Source: Pyrinomonadaceae bacterium (GTDB lineage Bacteria > Acidobacteriota > Blastocatellia > Pyrinomonadales > Pyrinomonadaceae). From it: a DNA stretch of 29,168 bases. The notes beneath the pieces were generated by a model. That model was not told the DNA's origin. It saw only the letters and a list, made by a program, of their open reading frames with translations, and ran no database searches. The stretch spans positions 1 to 29,168 of the forward strand of contig DATNJO010001142.1 in assembly GCA_035603895.1 (NCBI GenBank), given 5' to 3'. A program made the translations under genes and the position numbers. This document shows, in pieces, positions 14,526 through 21,536 of this stretch (position 1 is the stretch's first letter; each line of letters opens with the position of its first letter).

Positions 14526-14779
14526 AGAATCTCCTTTCAGCCGTTCGGTTGGCCTCAATCTAAGAATCCTTTGCTAGTGGTTATGACCTTACCCTGGAAC
14601 CGTGGCGATCAAGCTCTCGATCCTGGTCCAACTTCCCGGCAAAGGCGATCAGTTCGAAAGGCGAGGGCTTTGCTTAAACAGTTGAGTAACGTCAGTTTGA
14701 CTAAAGCGAAAATACTGATGGTGAAACTACCGACTGTTGCGCTGTGCTGAATCGCCACACAGCTTACGATCCCGATTTT

Positions 14780-14834
14780 TGTATAACAAGACTTCTTGCT
14801 TGGCGTTTCTTGTCGTTCGTTAGCGGATTTTGCT
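14780..14834 (-). promoter_or_regulatory. candidate AraC/XylS-activated promoter of the mco1 operon
   Basis: Minus strand: imperfect direct repeats AGCAAAATCCGCTAA and GACAAGAAACGCCAA (20-nt period); the second overlaps a poor -35; extended -10 TGtTATACA. Confidence 0.4.
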
Positions 14835-14873
14835 CCGCTCACTTTTTCGCTTGCGGAGCCTCTCGATCGCTGC

Positions 14874-15371
14874 TCAGCAGCAATAGACCACGTACACGAA
14901 CAACTGTAGCGTTGGCAGAATTGATTGCTTGGCCGCGCGCATCAGTTGCCGGCTGAGTTTGCCCGGCTCACTGCTGTGCGGCTGGTCCATTCCGTTGCCG
15001 TTGCCATTGCTGGTGCCATTTCCGTTCCCGTTCCCGTTACCATTACCGTTGCGCTTAAACTGCATGCGATAGATTGCCGGAGAGTATCCGTAAGTCGCTT
15101 TGAAATCGCGGACGAAATGGCTCTCGTCGTTCAAACCGACCTGGAAGGCAATCTCTTTTACGCTCAGAAAACTCGATTCCAGCAGCCCCTTTGCTCTTTC
15201 CATGCGCAGCAATCGCAAATATTTGATTGGTGGCATGCCGACGTCTGATTTGAAAATGTGGCAGAGGCGCCAAACGGAAAGGTTCACGGATTGCGCGAAC
15301 TCGGCGAGACACAGTTCTCCACGAACATCTTCTCGCATCATCTCGAGGATTTTTTCTACTCTTTTGTCCAT
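14874..15371 (-). CDS. stand-alone AraC-family (MarA/SoxS-like) regulator with (NG)n tail
   Basis: LAEFAQSVNLSVWRLCHIFK and LSVKEIAFQVGLNDESHFVRDFKATYGYSPAIYR double HTH; no N-terminal sensor domain. Confidence 0.9.
   Translation of the reverse strand: MDKRVEKILEMMREDVRGELCLAEFAQSVNLSVWRLCHIFKSDVGMPPIKYLRLLRMERAKGLLESSFLSVKEIAFQVGLNDESHFVRDFKATYGYSPAIYRMQFKRNGNGNGNGNGNGTSNGNGNGMDQPHSSEPGKLSRQLMRAAKQSILPTLQLFVYVVYCC
14991..15050 (-). repeat. Asn-Gly dipeptide repeat (NG)6-TS-(NG)3
   Basis: aac ggt aat ggt aac ggg aac ggg aac gga aat ggc acc agc aat ggc aac ggc aac gga. Confidence 0.9.
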
Positions 15372-15595
15372 TCTATTGACCCACGATTGAAGGCGTAGTT
15401 ACCAATACCTACGGAGGAGCAAAAAGCTCACTTGAGCGAACCTTCAGTTGAATGACCGGTGAGGTAATAATCGGGTTCTGGGCAGTGCTTTTTGGAGCAA
15501 AACTGAGTCGGGCAAATAAGTCGATCGCCTTTCGCGAGGGTGCGATGAGCGCCCTCCCCGTTAGTGCCAGGGAGTGGTCGTTCGGGAGTTGCGAC

Positions 15596-15624
15596 TTAAT
15601 ACTACAGCGACAAATTTCTGTCAA
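15596..15624 (-). promoter_or_regulatory. candidate sigma70 promoter TTGACA-N17-TATTAA for the AraC gene
   Basis: Perfect -35 and 17-nt spacer, imperfect -10; lies downstream of the terminator. Confidence 0.45.
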
Positions 15625-15727
15625 CGGGGACACACATTTGTGACTACTTTGAGAGGTTCGTTTACATAGCCGCTCAGGGTTTTCCCTCAGTGTGTATTTG
15701 CGTACGGTTGGCAACGCAAATTCAAAT

Positions 15728-15760
15728 GAAAAGAGCCGGCTGATCTTGCGACCAGCCGGC
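15728..15760 (-). terminator. intrinsic terminator of the mco2-sco2-propeller operon
   Basis: Minus strand GCCGGCTGGTC-GCAA-GATCAGCCGGC followed by TCTTTT, 25 nt after the stop. Confidence 0.8.
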
Positions 15761-15785
15761 CTTCGAAGAATCGACCAGAACAGCC

Positions 15786-16802
15786 TTAATTTGCTGCTGC
15801 TGTCGAGACTGAATTACTCGCGAAATTCGGCACCCAGACCTTTGCGCCGTCGAACGCAATTGCAAAGGGACCTTTGCCGGTTGCGAAAGTCGTGATGATC
15901 GCACCATCAGCAGGTGTCAGTTTCATCAGAGTGCTGTCGCCATTGTTAACGACCCAAACGAACGTGCCATCAAACAGGACTCCCGCAGCGCCATCACCGA
16001 CATTGAACGTGCCGAGGTTAAAGCCATCGACCGCTCGAAGTTTAGTGACGGTTTTGCCGAAGAAGTTGGTGACCCAAACGTTTTCGCCCTGACCGGCGAC
16101 TCCGAAAGGACCTTTGCCGACTGCGTAAGTTCCCAACACAGCTCCAGCAAGACTCAGCTTGGTAACGGAGTTGCTGAAATTGTTGACGACCCAGATGCTG
16201 CCGCCGGCGAAAGCAACGCCCAACGGCCGGTGACCGACAGGGAACGTGCCCAGTTTGGCTCCGCTGGTGCTCATCTTTGTAACGGCATTGCCTTCACGAT
16301 TGGCCACCCAAAGGTTGGTACCGTCAAAAGCGAGTCCGCCAGGACCGTCGCCGGCTGCATAAGTTCCAGCTACGGCGCCTGTCGCCGGATTCAACCTGGT
16401 CACGTTGTCGCTGAGCAGGTTGGCCACCCAGATCGATCCAGCAGCATAAAGCAAGGCTACTGGACGCTTGCCGGTGGCGAACGTGCCAGTGACTACATTG
16501 TCAGACACGCGCACGCGCGTAACTGAATCAGTAAACTGAGTTGCAATCCAGACGGAAGTGCCGTCAAAAGCAACAGCTTCAGGACCCGTTGTGGACCCCG
16601 GAGCCGGGGTAGTTTCTCCGCCACCTTCGAGTCCGGTAACGCCGCCCGCCATCGCGCCGGCGCCGCCAGTTTTCGAGCCACCAGTACTACCGCTTCCGAG
16701 TGGGACCTCGTTCATCGGTTGCTGGGCTTTCAATACACCTGGTGTCATCACGGCAATTGCCAACAACAACGCCAGGCTGAAAACTCTCGATTTGAGAATC
16801 AT
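15786..16802 (-). CDS. exported 7-bladed beta-propeller (YncE/YVTN/Vgb-like repeats)
   Basis: Seven repeats of about 40 aa, GxxPxxxAFDGxxxWVxN; signal peptide; Gly-rich linker; ATGA overlap with sco2. Confidence 0.85.
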   Translation of the reverse strand: MILKSRVFSLALLLAIAVMTPGVLKAQQPMNEVPLGSGSTGGSKTGGAGAMAGGVTGLEGGGETTPAPGSTTGPEAVAFDGTSVWIATQFTDSVTRVRVSDNVVTGTFATGKRPVALLYAAGSIWVANLLSDNVTRLNPATGAVAGTYAAGDGPGGLAFDGTNLWVANREGNAVTKMSTSGAKLGTFPVGHRPLGVAFAGGSIWVVNNFSNSVTKLSLAGAVLGTYAVGKGPFGVAGQGENVWVTNFFGKTVTKLRAVDGFNLGTFNVGDGAAGVLFDGTFVWVVNNGDSTLMKLTPADGAIITTFATGKGPFAIAFDGAKVWVPNFASNSVSTAAAN

Positions 16803-17479
16803 CTCGTACCTCCCTTCGCCTTTAGGCTTGCCTGGTTCTTAGGCCAATCAACCCAACTGACAGCCTCCGCGATCGCGTCGGGCGCCTGCATTCCCGGACA
16901 ACCACCCCAACGTTCGAGTGGCTCGTTGCCGTATTTCAGGACGCCGATGTGATTGGAGATATCTTTGTCGACTTCAGGGTCGGGATCGACAAAGCCGAGC
17001 TTGCGTCGAAGCAATTCCATATCGTCGGGTTTTCCGGTGAGAAACAACCAGCCCGGTCCCACTTTGTGCATTTGCGCATAGTGTTGGAGGGCCTCGACGT
17101 TGTCCTCTTTGGGTTTCAGTGAAAACGAAAGGATGAAGATATCTTTGCCCCAGCGATCTTTGCCGAGCTTCTCGCCGATAAGCTTTTGCACTCTCACGAG
17201 ATTTCGCGTGACCGGCGAGCAGATGCCTTCACATTTCGCATAGAACATGTTGAAAATCACGATCTTGTCCTTGACGAGGTCGTCGTAGAACTTGACGGTC
17301 CGCCCTTCGTGCGTCGTCAAAGCAAGATTCGGAAAGTAGCGGTCGCGGATCCGGTCACGTGACGGGATCACTTTGAACTTCGATCCGGTTCCGACCGACT
17401 GCGCGGCGGTAAGCACTGGGAGAATAAAAGGCGCGGCGCCCAGTGCGGCCACCAGATTTCTGCGTTTCAAGTCTGTCAT
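16799..17479 (-). CDS. SCO1/SenC-family copper chaperone (cassette 2), Tat-type signal
   Basis: NMFYAKCEGICSP (CxxxC), GWLFLTG, SNHIG; start reassigned to MTDLKRRNLVAALG after an AAGGAA SD. Confidence 0.9.
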   Translation of the reverse strand: MTDLKRRNLVAALGAAPFILPVLTAAQSVGTGSKFKVIPSRDRIRDRYFPNLALTTHEGRTVKFYDDLVKDKIVIFNMFYAKCEGICSPVTRNLVRVQKLIGEKLGKDRWGKDIFILSFSLKPKEDNVEALQHYAQMHKVGPGWLFLTGKPDDMELLRRKLGFVDPDPEVDKDISNHIGVLKYGNEPLERWGGCPGMQAPDAIAEAVSWVDWPKNQASLKAKGGTR

Positions 17480-17560
17480 AAGAATTCCTTTCTTCAGATT
17501 TACTGAGTCAAGGTCTTCCCGGGCGCACCAGAGTTGTTGCGCGGGAACACCACACAACAA

Positions 17561-19423
17561 CTAAGGATTCGTCTTGTTGTCGCCAACGTCGTCGATGATA
17601 CCGAGCACCATCATGGCGTGGTCTTCGTGAACCACGTTGTGACAGTGCAGCGGAATACGGCCAACGAAGTCGCGGAAACGGAAATAGACTTTCGTTTCCA
17701 TGTTGTGCTCTAACCTGAAGACATCTTTCCGGCCTCGCTGAATAATTCCGGTACTTGCCGGGGCGTTGCCGTTGATTGTCAAAGTCTGGAATTCTTCGAA
17801 ATGCATGTGAATCGGGTGTTGCCAACCGCCCGAGTTGTTCTGGAATACCCACTTCTCGACGCTGTTGCGCTTGATTGCGAATCGGGGCGCAGCATTACAA
17901 CCGCCAACAAGTTGGCCGTTGACCTGCCATTGCCCGTTGCCGCGTTCAAAACGGAACGTGCGCGTGATGCGCGGCGCGTCAGCGGTGTTCGGGAAACCAT
18001 AGAAGTAGACCGCCTGATTCGCTGGAATCGTTGCCGGATCGATACTGTTGTCGGCAACGACCGGGCCGTCGACAATGATCTTGAGGATCTTGTCGCCTTG
18101 ACCGGCGCCGAGAACGTCTCCAGTCGGACCGCGGCCATCGTCCTGTTCCAAACGATTCTCGAGATAGAACGTCTTTCCGGCCTGACCAGTGAAATCGACG
18201 ATCACGTCAATGCGTTCGGCGACCGAGAAGCGAGCGGCGGTCACCTGCACCGGTTTCTCCAACAGGTTGCCGTCCGTCGAGATCTGCCAGAACGACTTGG
18301 TCGTGTTGTTCGGACCAAGGACCGACAACTGGTAGAAGCGCGATGGGCCGGTGTTCAACCAGCGGAAGCGATAGCGGCGCGGGCTAACGTGCAACACAGG
18401 TTGTATCTTGCCGTTGACAAGGAACTTGTCTCCGAGAATACCGTCTGTATTGAATAGGTCGAACTTCAAAAGTCCTGTGTCGTTATCAAAGACCTTGTCG
18501 TTAAAGACCATGTAGATATCGAAACTGGTGAGCGGGTTCTGGCCATCGCCAAAACTCGGCAGACGAAAACCTGTGTTTTCGTCACCAGTGTCGAATTCAT
18601 TAAAGAGGATGTATGCGCCAGCGAGTCCTTTGTAAGTATTCTCGGCCGTGTGATCGATGCGGTGATCGTGATACCACAGCGTGTGCATCGCCTCTTTGAT
18701 GTCACCAGTGCCGGGATGTGTCGAGTTAATACCGGCGTAGACGTTGGGGTAGTGGTGATCGTAGAACTGACCCTGACCCATAAAGAAGCAGGGGAAACCG
18801 TCACTCTCGAGCGGCGTGTGACCGTTGTGCAAGTGTGTTGTCACTGACGGAAGGCCGAAGCCGCCGTTGTTGCTCGGAAGATTGTTTCTGAGACGCAGCA
18901 GCACGGAGCCGTTGCCGGGACTGCCGAGGTTGCCGTAACGCTCGACGATTAGTGGACCCGGAGTAGTTCCGTTAAAGCCCCAGATCGTTTGCGGCGGCAA
19001 TTCACCAGCAGGCGCCATCAGCACAGTGCCTGCTTGCTGCGACATTTCGTAAAACCGTTGTGGCGGAAATTGCGCGAATGCCTGATGTGAAACCGTGCGT
19101 GCTTCGCCCGCGGCCGTGTTTGGTGCAATCGTTGGCGCGGGGGTTAGCGACGCGACCGGTGCCAGCACCGGCAATCGCGGCATTAGTTCTGAGAAGGGAG
19201 TTGTCGGCGGACTGTTGGGTTCATCGTCGTCAACAAATCCGGCGCTAGTTAAAGGGTGTGCACTAAGACCTTTCTTTGGGATGAGCATACCAGCACTAGT
19301 AAGCAATCCCATCTTTAGCAGATCGCGACGTTTAAAACCGGCTGCGATCAACTCGCCCCGGTTATTGGCCGCGATCTGCTTGTCTTTTTCTTTTCTTCTA
19401 TTCCGTTTGGAGATGTACACCAT
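17561..19423 (-). CDS. three-domain multicopper oxidase, Tat-exported (cassette 2)
   Basis: TTHLHNGH, WYHDHR, HPIHMHF, HCHNVVHEDHAMM; FKRRDLLK twin-Arg; AAGGAG SD before ATG 19423. Confidence 0.93.
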   Translation of the reverse strand: MVYISKRNRRKEKDKQIAANNRGELIAAGFKRRDLLKMGLLTSAGMLIPKKGLSAHPLTSAGFVDDDEPNSPPTTPFSELMPRLPVLAPVASLTPAPTIAPNTAAGEARTVSHQAFAQFPPQRFYEMSQQAGTVLMAPAGELPPQTIWGFNGTTPGPLIVERYGNLGSPGNGSVLLRLRNNLPSNNGGFGLPSVTTHLHNGHTPLESDGFPCFFMGQGQFYDHHYPNVYAGINSTHPGTGDIKEAMHTLWYHDHRIDHTAENTYKGLAGAYILFNEFDTGDENTGFRLPSFGDGQNPLTSFDIYMVFNDKVFDNDTGLLKFDLFNTDGILGDKFLVNGKIQPVLHVSPRRYRFRWLNTGPSRFYQLSVLGPNNTTKSFWQISTDGNLLEKPVQVTAARFSVAERIDVIVDFTGQAGKTFYLENRLEQDDGRGPTGDVLGAGQGDKILKIIVDGPVVADNSIDPATIPANQAVYFYGFPNTADAPRITRTFRFERGNGQWQVNGQLVGGCNAAPRFAIKRNSVEKWVFQNNSGGWQHPIHMHFEEFQTLTINGNAPASTGIIQRGRKDVFRLEHNMETKVYFRFRDFVGRIPLHCHNVVHEDHAMMVLGIIDDVGDNKTNP

Positions 19424-19642
19424 CGGGAAGCTCCTTTTCCTGTTGAAAAAAGCCTGTCCAAAGTTCGACCCAGGCAAAGTTGCTCTGGTTCTGGTTCTTG
19501 ATGTTTGGAGACACTCCTACTTACAAAGCGAAACAGCTTTCAGCCGGGTCTCGCGTTGTGAGTGGAAGCAACAGTGATCCAAGGTCTGGGTTTCGGCAGG
19601 GCTACCGATACACTTGGACCAACGGTTAGTAAAGTGGCGGGC

Positions 19643-19671
19643 AATGTATTATTCCTTGCATTTGAAGTCAA
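19643..19671 (-). promoter_or_regulatory. candidate sigma70 promoter TTGACT-N17-TACATT for mco2
   Basis: Near-consensus hexamers with exact 17-nt spacing. Confidence 0.6.
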
Positions 19672-19739
19672 GAGAAAAAGTGTGGCTTTATGCCATCGCC
19701 AGGGATTACTATTTTGGTACACAAACGGAGGGGAAAATT

Positions 19740-20444
19740 ATGTTTTCGATTCGTACTCTTTGCGCATTAATGCTTATTAGTTTGCTGGTGATGTCAGCCG
19801 TCGTAACGCCTGCTCAGAACAAGAACCGCACGAAAGACGCGGCGCGTCATGCGGGCGACGCTTCCGAAACGTTTACGGAAATCATGAACGTGAAAGACAA
19901 AGCGATACCGCAGGAGTTGCTCGACACCGCGGAAGCGATCGCCGTCTTTCCGGGCGTGATCAAAGCGGCTTTTGTATTTGGCGGACGCGGCGGACAAGGC
20001 GTGATTAGCCGTCGCGTTAAAGGAGGCTGGAGCGCGCCGGCGTTCTTCAATCTTGGTGGTGGCAGTTTCGGTCCGCAGATCGGCGCGCAGAAGACTGACT
20101 ATGTTCTGTTGATCATGAACGAGAGCGGTCTGAATGGTTTGTTGAAAGATAAGTTTGAACTTGGAGGTGAAGCGTCGATCGCTGCTGGTCCAGTCGGACG
20201 CGAAGCAGCGGCTTCGACGAATCCACGACTCGATGCCGGCATTCTTTCGTATTCGCGTAGCAAGGGTGCGTTCATCGGCGCTGCGTTGAAGGGCGCGGTG
20301 ATCACTCCTGACAACAATCTCAACGAAGCGGTCTACGGCAAGAAGGCTGATGAGGTACTCAAAGCGCCACCAACGCAGATCGGACAAATGCCACCATCAG
20401 TTCGAATCTTTCCACGCACGTTGGTGCGTTACTCGATCCGATAA
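19740..20444 (+). CDS. lipid-binding SYLF (Ysc84) domain protein, exported
   Basis: AIAVFPGVIKAAFVFGGRGGQGV, GWSAPAF, GGSFGPQIGAQ, YSRSKGAFIG; start at ATG 19740 after GGAGG; signal peptide. Confidence 0.92.
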   Translation: MFSIRTLCALMLISLLVMSAVVTPAQNKNRTKDAARHAGDASETFTEIMNVKDKAIPQELLDTAEAIAVFPGVIKAAFVFGGRGGQGVISRRVKGGWSAPAFFNLGGGSFGPQIGAQKTDYVLLIMNESGLNGLLKDKFELGGEASIAAGPVGREAAASTNPRLDAGILSYSRSKGAFIGAALKGAVITPDNNLNEAVYGKKADEVLKAPPTQIGQMPPSVRIFPRTLVRYSIR

Positions 20445-20460
20445 AACCGGTTCATAAAGT

Positions 20461-20680
20461 GTGTCTTACTCTGAACGCCGAAGGCGTTTACTAATTTCAG
20501 CCCGGGGTTGCCACAACCCTGGGACATAGCAACAACCGAGTGAACGCTGAAAGCGTTGGCTAACCGACGCGACTCCTCGCCAACTCTTTCAGAGTTGCGA
20601 ACTCTCACTCTTTTGGCCCCACGGTTGAAACAACCCCGGGCCGAAATTAGTAAACGCCTTCGGCGTTCAGAGTAAGACAC
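20461..20680. mobile_element. 220-bp palindromic REPIN/MITE-like element with 50-bp terminal inverted repeats
   Basis: Arms at 20461-20510 and 20631-20680 with one mismatch; nested hairpins aacgccGAAggcgtt, aacgctGAAagcgtt, caactctTTCagagttg; no coding capacity. Confidence 0.8.
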
Positions 20681-20692
20681 TACAAGTTCCTA

Positions 20693-20729
20693 ACAAATGC
20701 TTGACGCTTTTGTGTGTGAGACCTAGAAT
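20693..20729 (+). promoter_or_regulatory. lexA promoter TTGACG-N17-TAGAAT with a palindrome centred on the -35
   Basis: -35 at 20701-20706, -10 at 20724-20729; ACAAATGC-ttgac-GCTTTTGT (20693-20713), arms 7/8 matched. Confidence 0.65.
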
Positions 20730-20808
20730 GCTTCGTCAACCTCCAAAGGTCGACTTAGCGCTTACCCACAAGTGGTCTAACTTTAACCAGGGAACAGCTC
20801 AGCAAAGA

Positions 20809-21438
20809 ATGCTCCCCCGAACGCAGCGACAAAAAGAGATTCTCGATTACATCACTCGTTTCCTCGAGCGTCACGGCTACGTTCCGTCGTATGCGCAGAT
20901 CGCGCGGCAGTTTGGGGTGAAGTCGCGTGCGACGATCGCAAAGCACATCGCAGCGCTTGAACGTCGCGGTTTGTTAAATCGTGAACATGAAGATGGATCG
21001 TTTGCGCTGAACGTCAAAGTTGAAGACAAGAGCGGTGATTCGCTTTGTGAAGTGAAGCTGCTCGGGCGTATTGCCGCAGGTGCTCCGCTTGAAGCCGTGG
21101 CTGATGACGGTGACGAGCGGATTCCCGTGCCGAGATTTTTGCTCGGGCGTGTAAGGCCGGATCGCGTTTATGCGTTGAAGGTGAAAGGCGATTCGATGAT
21201 CGACGAGCACATCTGCGACGGTGACATCGCCCTGATCGAGAATCGCACTGACGCTCGCGATGGCGAGATCGTTGTGGCCATAATTGAAGAGAACCAGGCG
21301 ACGTTGAAACGTCTCTATCGCCGCGGCGCAAACGTCGAGTTGCAACCGGCGAATTCCCAGCTCCAACCGCTTACTCTCCCCGCCAGCCAGGTCCGCGTGC
21401 AAGGCATTTTCCGCGGGCTGTTAAGGCCTAGTATTTAA
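20809..21438 (+). CDS. lexA: LexA repressor
   Basis: TQRQKEILDYI winged HTH; cleavage site IAAG; catalytic Ser (GDSM) and Lys (ATLKR); start reassigned to ATG 20809 (209 aa). Confidence 0.95.
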   Translation: MLPRTQRQKEILDYITRFLERHGYVPSYAQIARQFGVKSRATIAKHIAALERRGLLNREHEDGSFALNVKVEDKSGDSLCEVKLLGRIAAGAPLEAVADDGDERIPVPRFLLGRVRPDRVYALKVKGDSMIDEHICDGDIALIENRTDARDGEIVVAIIEENQATLKRLYRRGANVELQPANSQLQPLTLPASQVRVQGIFRGLLRPSI

Positions 21439-21460
21439 CCGGACAAGCCAGGAGATCGTC

Positions 21461-21536
21461 TCCCGCAAAGGCGCTAAGGCGCAAAGAAATCCTTTAAAAA
21501 CGCGGCAGCGCTTTGTGTTTTTGCGCCTTTGCGGGA
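21461..21536. repeat. REP-like inverted repeat (CGCAAAGGCGC family) between convergent genes
   Basis: tcccgcaaaggcgc (21461-21474) / gcgcctttgcggga (21523-21536) is a perfect 14 bp that extends imperfectly inward; it abuts the TGA at 21537. Confidence 0.75.

Noticed and set aside
14636-14690. GGCAAA...CGAAAG and GCAAAGCC fragments resembling a c-di-GMP-I riboswitch
   Set aside because: The fragments lie on opposite strands and the stems do not form
14609-14842. 77-aa Cys-containing ORF before mco1, considered as a CutF-like uORF
   Set aside because: No SD, no N-terminal signal and no Pro-rich arrest motif; it runs across the predicted promoter
15409-15714. 101-aa minus-strand ORF between the propeller and araC
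   Set aside because: No homology cues; spans the candidate TTGACA promoter
19740-20444. SYLF gene as part of the copper island
   Set aside because: Divergent, has no metal ligands and is widespread in bacteria; adjacency alone is not evidence
20429-20680. 83-aa minus-strand ORF
   Set aside because: Artefact of the palindromic element
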